Notes under the pieces: model-generated | Told to the model about the DNA's origin: nothing | What the model saw: only the letters and a program-made list of their open reading frames with translations | Databases searched by the model: none | In this document: positions 38,546 to 50,202 of the stretch, piece by piece | Layout of the letters: every line of letters starts with the position of its first letter | How positions within the stretch are numbered: position 1 is the first letter of the stretch | Program-made: the position numbers and the translations under genes | NCBI GenBank assembly: GCA_032718475.1 | Contig: JAUCBJ010001860.1 | Coordinates: 1 to 64,000, forward strand | Direction: 5' to 3' | From: Nemertoderma westbladi | Lineage: Eukaryota; Animalia; Xenacoelomorpha | DNA length: 64,000 nt

Positions 38546-39958
38546 CCACAAAGCAAACTCAAACGAGCTCGTACAATAGCGGTAGGTAGGAACCGAGAAT
38601 TCCGTGATGAAAAAAAAAGTGATGACGTCATGATTAACATCCCGTAAAAGTTTGCTAAAAGACGCACTCCGGTCTACATGATAGAATGCCTGGGTCTATA
38701 TATGAATGTAATTAATACTTTAGTTAATGAGGATACCCCCCTCTCCCTTTTTTTCACTGAACGTGTTTAAGTTATTATTCAATAATATGAGATGCCCACC
38801 ACCAAACTAAAATATGCATAGAAAAGACAAATTGATTGATAAAACAAAGGGCGAGGGAAATTCAAAAAACAGTTTGCATATCCATTCAGTCATTCAGTTT
38901 GCTGTCCTGCCTGTTGATTCTGTGTGACGATATTTCTGAAAGCCAGTTTTGCTTTCGAGTGGCATTCAACTCACCTCGATCACACAATATGTAACATACT
39001 GTATTTGCGTTAAAATACGTTGTTATACAACTTGCATAATGTGTGCAATACATAAATTCGTATGAATATTTAATATATATCATTGAAGGCTTCATTCTAG
39101 AATATAGAGGCTGGTGATTTGAAGCGGGAGATATAAAATTAAGCTAAACATATTATAAGCTATCGATAAAATAATAAATACGGATATAAAATAATTATTT
39201 ATTACAATGGAAAAAGTAGAAATTATTTCACTATTTCCGAGACATTTTATTATTTACCGAGCGATATACAGTAGTGCTACAAAATAAATTAATTGAACTA
39301 TAATAGTATTTTTCTATATTGCTTCCATAGTTACTGCGAATCAAATTACTGAACTCTTCAACTCCTGATGCTGCCTTATTCAATTTGAAATAATTTAGTG
39401 TTCTCGAATATTTATTTCGTAACTAGAGAGCCGCTTAACAACATAAACCAATATTGGATATTGAGTTCCGTTTTGGAATTCGCCTTACAGACACTAAAGT
39501 TGCAATAACTTTTGAGTGTGTGAGTGGATTTTGCTCAAATTACGTGCAAAACCTTTCTACGTCGATCGTCGATGCTCTTTCAACACATGTAACAATATTT
39601 GATAAATTCCACCAAAATTATTTTATTTTACTTTTTTGGCCGATAAAAAAATTAAAATTAATGCAATCAAATGCAAATGCAAATGCATTAATGCAAATAA
39701 AAGTTACTTTTTTTCCATCTTCCTATCTTCTGCGCACAACTGAAGAAACACTTTTATTCTTAAATTGTCACTTTTTCCCCAAAGAAAAACGTAGAACATT
39801 TTTTTTTCAATATTCTCTCGACCCTTTATTAACCTCGCTGGCTCGGGAAATAAAATGCCTCGAGAATAATTTAAAAAAAGTTCTACTTTTTTTCTCATGT
39901 AATAAATAATTATTTTTTCAAATGTCCTTTAATGGGCCCGCAAATACCATTAACATAC

Positions 39959-40136
39959 CATATACGGGATTTCTTTTATCCACGATAATATTAGCCGTAT
40001 TATAAGCCTCCTCAGAAGGTTCCTCATAGTCAGGGTGACTCGTCCACGTACAAGGTATTAGAATATTTACTTCTTTGAAGTAAAGCCGACGTTTAGTTGA
40101 TTCTAGCATTTGTGCTGAAGCACGACGAAATACTTC
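39959..40136 (-). CDS. CLCA: CLCA-like gene exon, first one seen
   Basis: ttcag|EVFRRASAQMLESTKRRLYFKEVNILIPCTW...ANIIVDKRNPVY G|gtatg. Matches CLCA 'AS.YLF.AT.RR.FF.NV.ILIP.TW'. Confidence 0.93.
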
Positions 40137-40334
40137 CTGAAAGACAAAATATGTCAACTAACGGTATTAAGTAAGGTTAATTGCATGGATTCAAAATATT
40201 CAATATTTATGTAGTTTTCGGTTGTTTACTAATCTTATTAGGCCTAACTGTTTTTCATGTTGACAATATAATTTTACGATTTTTGACTTTTATCATATAT
40301 TTGATTGATATACTTTATTGTATTAATATACAGC

Positions 40335-40560
40335 CGCCTCCGCCTTGCAGGACCTTGCTTTCGGCGTGAGGACCAGCAGTGCATAATCTTGTGCTTTGGC
40401 AGCCTCATGGAGTGAATAAGCATGGTGGACAGCCCATGACTTTCTTGAGACGCATCTTAAACGGCACTGGCGTTGAAGATGCGGATGATCTAGCAAATGT
40501 CTCAAAAATGCAGCTGCAATGCAGCATGCCGATCCTAGTAGTACTGTAGTAGGAGTAGTA
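40335..40560 (+). mobile_element. Short 3' fragment of the RTE-like LINE
   Basis: Matches 36180-36443 with deletions and ends GATCCTAGTAGT. Confidence 0.85.
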
Positions 40561-41478
40561 TTAATTTCGCCAACCCAAGTTTGTATTAAAAAATAACTTA
40601 GTTAATGGCTCAATACTAAACTAATAGAACCTGATTTATTTATTTAATTGAATTAATTATTTCCTTTCACAAATCGACCGCACATAAAGGATATACCGGA
40701 AATATAGCCGCGGTCGTGGTATTAGAGGCCGTGGTCGTGGTATTAGGGGCCGTGGTCTGGTAAACGACTACAGTCCCAATGAACTACGGCCTCGGGGGAA
40801 GCGGTGAGATCGGGGTTTCACCCTCAGTAACTCAATGCAGGATCGGGGCGGCCAAAGGTTTAATACGTACCGGGTGGAAGGGGAAGACCCGGTGCTCGCA
40901 TTCCTACCTAAATAAAACTCTCCTGGGCCCCAAGAAGGGAAGGGCGATCGAACTCACGCCAAGGTGAGACTTAGAGGGTGGTCCCCTCTAGAGAGGGCCC
41001 AGACCGAATGGGAGCAGCCTGGGGTTGAGTTGGTGGCCCAGGATGAGGTGGCCGGTGTAAATGAATCCGCATTTAGAAACGTCATTACAACCTAGGTTGA
41101 AGTGAATCTCTTCAAGCGTTCAAGGATATACATACATCGTAGGTAAATAGTGACGTGTACTCTTAATAAGGTGTGATGGTTCTGATTGTGGTAAGGTGGA
41201 ATAGTATAAGGGACAAACTTCGTTTGGATAGTTGTATCTGTACGTCGCAAGAAGGATTTTATCTTATTGGGACAAATCCGCCTACAGACTGTAAATCTTA
41301 TCGGTGATGGCAAATGATTTTTTCGCGCAATTGTATGGTGTATGTGGTTGGGAAAGACTTTTTTCTACTTTTCGCAAGAAACTAATATTAAGTTATCAAT
41401 ATGAATAGTATTTGTAGGCAACAGAGACCGAAGTTATGGCTGGACTCCTAAACACCGATATCTATGTCTAGGTGTACA

Positions 41479-42369
41479 ATGGCCCACTATATATATACGG
41501 CCTAACAAGTTGTCGATTTGGCCTTAAAAAAAAGAGGCCAGTTTTTTTTTTTACACTATTGTGATATGGGGAGAGTTCTATAAATTTTCATTTGCTGCAA
41601 TTTGGTCAACGGGCGTAATAAGCAAGATACTAAATTGTATGGTAGCTAGTGTTTTAGATAGGTTTAGCTAGTAATTTCAACACTGATTCCGACAACCTAC
41701 TTCCCTCTATAAATTATATGTAGTAGGTAGTTTTTATTACTATATGTGTAGAAAATGTTCCAGAACATGTTATCTATTCATTTTATGAAAAAATCGCGTT
41801 CTAGAACGAATATTTTTGGTTCTAGAACATTTTTTAGAAAAAAATCTAGATTATATTTAAAACGCGTGGAATTGCTTTAAAACGTGTTTAAAATCAATAA
41901 AAAAAATTTTCCAAGTTTTTTCAAAAATTAGTATTCACAATAATTTTTTTTAACAAATTTTTTTTATTGATTTTAAACACGTTTTAAAACATGCGTTTTG
42001 AATAGAATCCAGATTTTTTTCTAAAAACAAATTTTAACTTTTTAAAAAATGAATAGCTAACATGTTCGGGAACATTTTCTGTACAAATAGTAATAAGAAC
42101 TATGTAGGGGTACTACAAAATATTTATAGAGGGAAGTAGGATGTCGGAACCAGTGTTGAAATTACTAGCTAAACCTACCTAAAACATTAGCTACCATAAA
42201 ATTTAGTATCTTGGTTTAGTATTTAGTGTCTTCAATTACGTCCATTGACCAAATTGCAGCAAATGGAAATTTATAGAACTCTCCCCATATCAAAATAGTG
42301 TAAAAAAAAACTGGCCTCTTTTTTAAGGCCAAATCGACAATTTGTTAGGCCCTATATATAGTAGGCCAT
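41479..42369. mobile_element. Foldback/MITE-like near-palindrome (~440-bp arms)
   Basis: Left GGCCTAACAAGTTGTCGATTTGGCCTTAAAA... mirrors right ...TTTTAAGGCCAAATCGACAATTTGTTAGGCC along the whole length. The ends are (TA)-rich. Confidence 0.85.
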
Positions 42370-42926
42370 GGGTCTACTCTACCGACAAACATTAGTTGAA
42401 TTCGGTTTCCAAGCAGTTTCACTGGGGAAATCACTTCAATTTGATGTCGCCATTACCATAGAAAACAAAAGTAATGTCCACTATAAAGTTGTGACTACTA
42501 TCGGGATTATTTGAACTCTACATTCTGTAAATCTAACTGTTCGATTTTTTATTCACATACATAACTCTATCTACAGTTATTAAGTTGAAAGAAATGTAGC
42601 CTATCTGTGATAACTACTTACATATAGTACTTGTGTGTATAGTAGCACTTTACAGTGTGATGATCCGAGCCGAGTGGCTTTGTTACACGAACGAACGTTA
42701 GTGAGTGAGTGAGTGAAAATAAAGTGATATAGGTATACCGCTGTTGCCCACCAACTTATAAAATAGTCTTTAAAAAATAGTGATTGATTCACTCTACTAA
42801 AATAAGGGCAACTCTGCACGCCCACAACTTGTCATTGAACATTAAAAAAAAAAATATAACACCCTAATCTTGATATAATATCATATTTATTATATGGAAT
42901 GGAATAATATTAAACTAATTAATTGA

Positions 42927-45900
42927 ATGCCTCCCAAGATTAGATCATGCTGCAATTGTAGCGCTGGAGGCGAGTCGGGACAACGCTGTGTGCGGTGCTC
43001 CTGTGCCAAGGCGAGGACCGGCTGTACCGGGTGTGTTCCCGGTCGCGACCGGCGTTGTGGCAACCCGTTCGGTCGCCCAGACTCCAGCAATCATGCTAAA
43101 ACGCAACCCCGAGGACTTTCCTTCTCACAACCAATACGGCCTACCAGCAGAAACAGGAGCCCCGTTGCAGCCGCCAACGTCTCACTGCCTTCCAGCTCCA
43201 GGATGACATACGACAGAGACCATCCCTCCAGCCTAGACGATACCCTTATCCCTGAACTCGACTTCGACCACACAGCCAGCTCGGGCTCGAGCCAACTGGA
43301 TGATACCCTCGTTCCTTCTGAACCTCCTACCGCCCTACTGGTAGAGCCAACAGATTTCCTTAGAAGTTCTGAGTTTATCTCCCCCCCTCTCAGTGTCTCT
43401 ACCGATGGGTCAGACCCATTCTCACCCACCGAACGCATAGAGACAGCGTATGGGGGAGTATGGCTAAACAGTCACGGCGAGTCCACGGATCCAACTTGGG
43501 CGGACCGTTACGAGCGTCTCGCAGCTCTCCCTTCCAGACGTTACACCGTCCCTGGTGGTAACGTTGGGAGGAAGGCAGCCAGCATCCTCGCGGACGAGGT
43601 CGATTTCCTCACCCGTGGCATCCACCCATCTGAACGTTTTCTTTGTTACACCGCAGTTATCTTTCAACGGGACCCTGAAGTTTTTAAAGGGTTCGACATA
43701 CGGAGAACGGTGTTGCGTCGCCTGGGGATGTGGGAAAGGATGGAGTTCGAACAGCTAATTCTGGAAGCCCAAAGATGCAATACTAACTTTGTATCAGCAT
43801 CGAGAAGGACGCGAGGCGGCGCCAAACGATCTACCGACGACGCGGCTCGAGTCTTCAACAGGAAGATTCTGGCCCGCCAGAATCGTGCTGCGCTCCGCGG
43901 CGTCACCAACCGGAGCCAGGGTGGCGTCCTCGATCCAAACTCGCAGGCGGAAGGCCAACCAGCCGGTGTTACAGTGCGCCAGGTTCTGGAGCTGAAGCAT
44001 CCCGATCCCATCACCCCTCCCCGAGAAGTGTTCGATGTCCCTGATGACGGCATTCCCCCATTCGAAGACCTGGACATAACAGCCCAGGTCGTCTTGAAGA
44101 TGGCGCAGTATCTACGGGGTAGCGCCGGACCGGTGGGGGGTGATGCCGAGTTCTGGTACTCTCTGCTAACCCGCTATGACAACCACAGCGCGCGCCTACG
44201 CGAGGCTTTTGCCACCCTCGCTCGTCGACTAGCCAACTCGATTGTTCCTTGGGGGGAGATCCGTGGTCTCCGCGCATGTCGTATGGTGGCCCTGGACAAG
44301 CAGCCTGGGGTGCGGCCGATTGGTGTTGGGGAGGTCCCCTACAGACTGCTTGTGAACTGTATGTTGTCAGTCACTAAGTCCGACATAACACAGGTATGTG
44401 CCGCAGACCAACTGTGTGCCGGCGTAAAAGCGGGCATCGAGGGAGCAGTCCATGCCATGACCGACATCTTTGATGACGTTAACACTGAATGCATGCTTCT
44501 TGTTGACGCACAGAACGCTTTCAATTCCATAAGCCGATCTGCCTCCCTCTGGTACTGCCGGATCAACTGGCATAGGAGCTCTCGTTTCCTCTTTAACTCT
44601 TACAATGGACACGCGGCCCTTTACCTCCCGGGAGGCGGCCCACCCCTATACAGCAAGGAAGGCTACACACAAGGGGATCCCGCCGCGACCTTTGGATATG
44701 GGTGTACCACGATACCTATGATCCGAGGACTGCGAGTAGTCCCTGGTGACCCAGAGTTGGCATCTCCGGTCCCCATTGCCCCCACTTTTGTCCCGGGTGC
44801 ATTTGATGTCCCCGTGGTTCCCGAAGTCCCCACGGTTGTCCCGGGTACAGCTGACGTCCCCATGGTTCCTCTGGTCCCACTATTTGTCCCCATGGTTCCT
44901 CCAGTCCCGCAGGTTGTCCCCACAGTCCTCATGGGTGCAGTTGATGTCCCCACGGTTCCCCCGGTCCTGCAGGTTCTCTCCACGGTTGCCCCGGGTGTGG
45001 TTGATGTCCACACGGTTCTTCAGGTCCCACCAGAGGCACCCACGGCTCCTCAGGTCCTGCCGGATGTCCCCACGGCTCCTCCGGTCCCGCAGGCTGTCCC
45101 CACGGTTGTCCCGGGTAGAGTTGTCGCCCCCACAGTTCTTCAGGTCCCACAAGCTGTCCTCAGTGTTCCTCCGGTCCCGCAGGTTGTCCACAAGGTTGTC
45201 CCGGGTGCAGTCGACGTTTCCGCGGTTCCTCAAGCCCCACTTTTTGTCCCCACGGTTCCTCCGGTCCCGCAGGTTGTCCCCACGGTAGTCATGGGTGCAT
45301 TTGATGTCTCCACGGTTCCTCAGGTCCGGCAGGTTGTCCCCACGGTTCCCCCGGTCCTGCAGGTTCTCTCCACGGTTGCCCCGGGTGCAGTTGATGTCCT
45401 CACGGTTCTTCAGGTCCCGCCGAATGTCCCCACAGTTGTCCCGGGTGCTGATTTTGACCCCAAGGTTTCACAGGTCCCGCAGGTTGTCCCCACGGTTCCT
45501 CCGGTCCCGCAGTTTGTCCCCACAGTTGCAATGGGTGCAGTTGATGTCCCCATGGTTTCTCCGGTCCGGCAGGTTGTCTCCACGGTTCCCCCGATCCCGC
45601 AGGTTCTTTCCACGGTTGTCCCGGGTGCGGTTGATGTCCCCACGGTTCTCGAGCTCTCGCCTGATGTCCCCATGTCTGTCCCGGGTGTGGAATTTGACCC
45701 CACGGTTTCACAGGTCCCGCAGTTTGTCCCCACAGTTCCCCCGGACGTGGTGACAGAACCCAAGATTCCTCCGGATGTGGTGACAGAACCCACGGTTCCT
45801 CCAGAAGTGGCAAACGAACCCATGGTTCCTCCAGATCGATGCCAATGTTGGTATGCAGATGATGCCTCAGCTATTGGCAAGATGGACGCAGTTCACCGGT

Positions 45901-47390
45901 GGTGGAAAGAGCTGCAACGAGTCGGTCCTTCCATTGGATACTTCCCGGAACCAAGGAAGAGCCAACTAGTAGTGAAACCTGGCTATGAAGAACAAGCCCG
46001 CCATCTATTTGGAGAGTCAGGAGTCAAGGTGGTCACCGGACACCGCTTTCTGGGAGGATACGTTGGCGACCAGGTGGGAAGACGAAAATTCATCGCCGAG
46101 AAGGTCGCCGGCTGGACACGCAGCATCGAGGCGTTGGCAGAAGTAGCTGAACAGTTCCCTCAAACTGCTCACGCCGCGATGAGCCGATGCCTCCAGTCTG
46201 AGTGGGACTACGTCATGCGAGTCTGCAACCCGGACGAGAATGACTTAGCACCCATCCTTTCCGCGCTGATCAACCGCTACATTCCGGCGTTGTTTGGATC
46301 CACCCCCGGACCAACCATCGATCCAATACTGCTGCTCCCGGTCCGACATGGTGGGTTAGGAATCCGAGACCCCATCATGCGCACTGGGCCCGCCCACATC
46401 GCCTCTACTGCCGGGACCGCGAAAGTCGTTGAGGCAATCAAAACTGGCGTTCGACTGCATGTTGCTGACCACGCGTCCTGCCTAGCTGAGGCTTTGAAGG
46501 AAAGCCGCAACGAATCAAACGAGAACTTCAAAGAAACGTTCGAGGAGACCATCGCGGGACTCCCACGTGAACGCCATCGCCCCATAAGCCGGGCCGCCCA
46601 GTTCAAGACCGGTGGGTGGCTGTCAGCTCAGCCTTCCCCATTGGACCAGACGGACCTCGACCCCCAGTCCTTTCGCGACAACCTCGCGCTACGGTATGGG
46701 TTGAGCCCCCCTGACCTTCCACTGACCTGCGAGGGCTGCGGCGCACCATTCGACACGTCACACGCCCTCAGTTGCAAGGTTGGAGGGTTGATCACCCGCC
46801 GTCACAACGAGATCCGTGACGTGTTTGGGGACCTCCTCGCAGAGGCGTACGGGAACTCGAACGTAGAGCGGGAGGTGGTGCTGCGGAATGGGCACCTGGA
46901 CTCGGAGGGGACGACGGTTGGGGGGGTTCGGGCTGACCTGGTCACCAGGGGGGTTTGGACGAATCAGGTGGTGGCGTCTTTCGATATCGCTGTAATTAAT
47001 GTCGACGCCACCTCCTACGTTCGTTCAAACCGCTCTGTGGAGACCCTTCTCTCACAGAAAGAACGCGAGAAGAAGGCCCACTACCAGGAGCCCTGTGAGT
47101 CGAGGCGGATGAACTTCACCCCCCTCGTGTGCTCCACCGACGGAGTCTGGGGCGCCGAGGGCGAGAAATTCATCCGCCACCTCGCGGACGCACTGGTGGT
47201 GAGGAGGGTGGGGATGAGGCAGCGGGGGTTGGGAGCAGTCCTGGGGGCTGTGAGAAGGCGACTGCAGTTCGCCTTATTAAGGGCAAACTCTCTGTGCCTC
47301 CGCGGTGGAAGGAGGCCCTGGAGGGGTCTGGGGTTCGGGGATGGGGCGGGAGTCAGGGATTTGGACAGGGAGATGTACCCCTCACCCTAA
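42927..47390 (+). CDS. Second CRE-like retrotransposon polyprotein (Cys-rich N-terminus, RT with large internal repeat, CCHC, restriction-like endonuclease)
   Basis: 1487-aa ORF with no stops. Motifs: RPIGVGE, DAQNAFN, QGDP, WYADD, CEGC...H...C, RRHNEIRD, RADL...FDIAV. Element ends and TSD were not identified. Confidence 0.92.
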   Translation: MPPKIRSCCNCSAGGESGQRCVRCSCAKARTGCTGCVPGRDRRCGNPFGRPDSSNHAKTQPRGLSFSQPIRPTSRNRSPVAAANVSLPSSSRMTYDRDHPSSLDDTLIPELDFDHTASSGSSQLDDTLVPSEPPTALLVEPTDFLRSSEFISPPLSVSTDGSDPFSPTERIETAYGGVWLNSHGESTDPTWADRYERLAALPSRRYTVPGGNVGRKAASILADEVDFLTRGIHPSERFLCYTAVIFQRDPEVFKGFDIRRTVLRRLGMWERMEFEQLILEAQRCNTNFVSASRRTRGGAKRSTDDAARVFNRKILARQNRAALRGVTNRSQGGVLDPNSQAEGQPAGVTVRQVLELKHPDPITPPREVFDVPDDGIPPFEDLDITAQVVLKMAQYLRGSAGPVGGDAEFWYSLLTRYDNHSARLREAFATLARRLANSIVPWGEIRGLRACRMVALDKQPGVRPIGVGEVPYRLLVNCMLSVTKSDITQVCAADQLCAGVKAGIEGAVHAMTDIFDDVNTECMLLVDAQNAFNSISRSASLWYCRINWHRSSRFLFNSYNGHAALYLPGGGPPLYSKEGYTQGDPAATFGYGCTTIPMIRGLRVVPGDPELASPVPIAPTFVPGAFDVPVVPEVPTVVPGTADVPMVPLVPLFVPMVPPVPQVVPTVLMGAVDVPTVPPVLQVLSTVAPGVVDVHTVLQVPPEAPTAPQVLPDVPTAPPVPQAVPTVVPGRVVAPTVLQVPQAVLSVPPVPQVVHKVVPGAVDVSAVPQAPLFVPTVPPVPQVVPTVVMGAFDVSTVPQVRQVVPTVPPVLQVLSTVAPGAVDVLTVLQVPPNVPTVVPGADFDPKVSQVPQVVPTVPPVPQFVPTVAMGAVDVPMVSPVRQVVSTVPPIPQVLSTVVPGAVDVPTVLELSPDVPMSVPGVEFDPTVSQVPQFVPTVPPDVVTEPKIPPDVVTEPTVPPEVANEPMVPPDRCQCWYADDASAIGKMDAVHRWWKELQRVGPSIGYFPEPRKSQLVVKPGYEEQARHLFGESGVKVVTGHRFLGGYVGDQVGRRKFIAEKVAGWTRSIEALAEVAEQFPQTAHAAMSRCLQSEWDYVMRVCNPDENDLAPILSALINRYIPALFGSTPGPTIDPILLLPVRHGGLGIRDPIMRTGPAHIASTAGTAKVVEAIKTGVRLHVADHASCLAEALKESRNESNENFKETFEETIAGLPRERHRPISRAAQFKTGGWLSAQPSPLDQTDLDPQSFRDNLALRYGLSPPDLPLTCEGCGAPFDTSHALSCKVGGLITRRHNEIRDVFGDLLAEAYGNSNVEREVVLRNGHLDSEGTTVGGVRADLVTRGVWTNQVVASFDIAVINVDATSYVRSNRSVETLLSQKEREKKAHYQEPCESRRMNFTPLVCSTDGVWGAEGEKFIRHLADALVVRRVGMRQRGLGAVLGAVRRRLQFALLRANSLCLRGGRRPWRGLGFGDGAGVRDLDREMYPSP
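44740..45836 (+). repeat. 30-bp-period coding repeat (PTVPPVPQVV / PTVVPGAVDV) inside the RT domain
   Basis: About 36 degenerate 10-aa units between QGDP and YADD. Confidence 0.92.
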
Positions 47391-47792
47391 CTCCCCTTTA
47401 ATTTATACATTCACTGTTACCATAATTCATTGTTATCTTTACTTTATTTCACCTTAAACTATTAATGTTGTTTTGAGTTAATGTTTACATTTTTTACAAA
47501 GTAGTTATAAACTCTACACCCGAGCATATACAGTAAGCACATGGTTATTTAATTATTCCGATATATTAATACTTTAATTATTATCATATATATACTTTCC
47601 TATTCTTCTAATTATACATAAAGCTAAGTATTTATTTGGATGTGTGTTTGTGTTGTCTACACAATTTATTTTATTTATATATTAATAAATAGTAATCATC
47701 ACGTACCTAGCTACGAGGGAACTGGGAAGAAACTTCACTCATTAAACAGTTGATATTATTGAAATTAATTGAAGGGGGATTCAGGAAGGTGG

Positions 47793-47836
47793 GAATTCAA
47801 GTAGTCAGGAGCCGCCGCTCCTGACTACTTGAATTC
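47793..47836. other. Perfect 20-bp stem with 4-nt loop
   Basis: GAATTCAAGTAGTCAGGAGC-CGCC-GCTCCTGACTACTTGAATTC. Confidence 0.9.
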
Positions 47837-48216
47837 TTGAATTCCCATGAGTTAATATTAAGAAATATTAGTATAGGAACAAACGGATCAAACCAAGAGT
47901 TTATTTCAGATCAAAGATTAAAGAATGAAATGCTACTGCTGACGGGTTTTTAGCCCAGTAAATAATAACACAGCTCAATAATAACACAACCAACCCAAAT
48001 ATCCCCAGGCCAGTTACCTAAGTTAAGTAATGTGATAAGGGATATGATAAGGGACTCTACCAGTGGGCTGTAAACATGACCTCATTAAGTAGTAAATTAG
48101 ATAGCAAAAGAAAAGGAAGCCTAATAGACCACAACAGGAAGGCGCCCGCAGTTGCCATACACCAGCTGTGTTTACAATGTTGAGTTATTGTAAAATCCCT
48201 TTATTTCATTCTCTGG

Positions 48217-50202
48217 TTATAACGAACCTGTCTTTAGACTGGGTAGTTCTTGTCAAGAGTTGAGCCGTTCAAAAACACGATGTGGTTATCTGGTTATGTG
48301 TGTATGTGTGTATAACCATCCAATATCTCAAAAACTCAAGCAGGTACGCAACAATTTTTAACGCGACTATTTAACAATTAGTATCTAGTTGTTGAATAAA
48401 AAAGTTGGGAATGATTCGATGTGCGAAATTCGAAATATTAGCATATTATCAACATTATGGAACGCGAAATTAAATACCCACAGCTACACTTTGTCAGCTG
48501 AACAACATTTCACTACTTATTGCTAATTTGAGTTACGTACTACATTATTATTATATTATAACGAACCTGTCTTTAGACTGGGTAGTTTTTGTCTAAAGCT
48601 GAGGCCGGCAAAAACACGATGGATATATTTACCTATATATTTACCTATATCACTATATATGTCACTATGTATGTTCACCAAATGGCTTGAAACCACTTGC
48701 ATGCATTGTAAAATTGTAAACGCAAGTATTTATCAATTGTTGTCTAGTTGTTGAATAAAAAAGTTGGGAACGATTCGAAGTGCGATATTCGAAATATTTG
48801 CATATTTTCAACATTATTGAACGCGAAATTAAATACCCACAACTCCCTTGCTTGAAATGTTTTTCAGGTGATTGATATTTAGCAATTATTATGAGGTTAC
48901 TTACTACTGAAATCTGACAGAATGCCAAACGTATTATTATAGTTCTATCTCTATTCAGCCAGTTAGTGTAATGTCAAGCAGTACATCATTTATATATCGT
49001 ATGTATCTATAGGGCCTAATTGTCATCGTTATAATACTGTCATCAACTTAGGCTAGGCTCAATTGTAATGCAAAGGCTTAGTAGGTTTTGTATATCTGGG
49101 ACGTTTACAACAGCTGTCGATTAAACTAACAAAACCATAAAACTGAACCAGGGTGGCTGCCAGCCGGGTACCAACGGCTGTTGGGTAGACTTAAGGGAAC
49201 ATTTCACAAACTTTCATAGGATGCTTGTACATGTACATTATATTGGTTGCTCCGATGTTTTTATTAGGCTAACTGAGAATGTATCAGGTATAAATACTGT
49301 AATTATAGTGTTCTTTATTTTATTTATCTAATACAGAAAAGACCCCTCCGCAGAATAAACTGCTCTTTTGGGCCGTTTCTCAGGTTGTGGATATGGATAC
49401 CATTTCAGACATCATCGTAGTAATTGTGATTATGATTTGTTTGCCTAGGCGAATGTGTATTACATTAGATGGGAGGCAGTTTTTTGGTTGATGCAAGTCA
49501 TTCTTGGTTTGCATCTTCCAATCCCATCTGTTTCTTGGAGTCTGTGTAAGACAGGTTCGTTTAAAGCCATCTTGATGGCGTTCTAGTTATAGTTCTATCT
49601 ATTCAGTCAGTTAGTGTAATGTCAAGCAGTACATCATTTATATCTATTGTAATCGTTATAATACTGTCATCAACTCAGGCTAAGCTCAATTATAATGTAA
49701 AGGCTTAGTAGGTTTTGTATATCTGGGACGTTTACAACAACTGTCGATTAAACTAACAAACCAGAAAACTGTAGAGCTGCTGTTGGGTAGGTAGACTTAA
49801 TGGTAGATTTGACAAACTTTCATAGGAGGCTTGTACAGTAGGCCTACATGTACATTATATTGGTTGCTCCGATGTTTTTATTAGGCTAACTGAGAATGTA
49901 TCAGGTATAAATAATTAGTGTTCTTTATTTTATTTATCTAATACAGAAAGACCCCTCCGCAGAATAAACTGATCTTTTGGGCCGTTACCCTGGTTGCGGA
50001 TAGGGATAACATTTCACACATCGCGATCGCAGTAATTGTGATTATGATTTGTTTGCCTAGGCGAATGTATGTGTATTACATTAGATGGGAGGCAGTTTTT
50101 TGGTTGATGCATGTCATTCTTGGTTTGCATCTTCCAATCCCATCTGTTTCTTGGAGTCTGTGTAAGACAGGTTCGTTTAAAGCCATCTTGATGGCGTTCT
50201 AG
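48217..50202 (+). mobile_element. Helentron-type non-autonomous element (outer copy)
   Basis: subTIR AACGAACCTGTCT (48221) pairs with AGACAGGTTCGTT (50165). 3' hairpin GCCATC-TT-GATGGC and terminal CTAG|T. Confidence 0.8.
48556..49586 (+). mobile_element. Same-family Helentron-type element nested in the outer copy
   Basis: subTIRs at 48560 and 49549, hairpin at 49566-49579, CTAG end at 49586. The outer copy resumes at TTATAGTTCTATCT. Confidence 0.78.

Noticed and set aside
44740-45836. Intein or self-splicing intron in the RT
   Set aside because: There are no intein terminal motifs (C/S start, HN end) or group I/II features. It is a low-complexity tandem repeat.
42830-47720. TSD and poly(A) tail for the second CRE-like element
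   Set aside because: The flanks are AT-rich and no convincing duplication or tail was found, so boundaries were left undefined.
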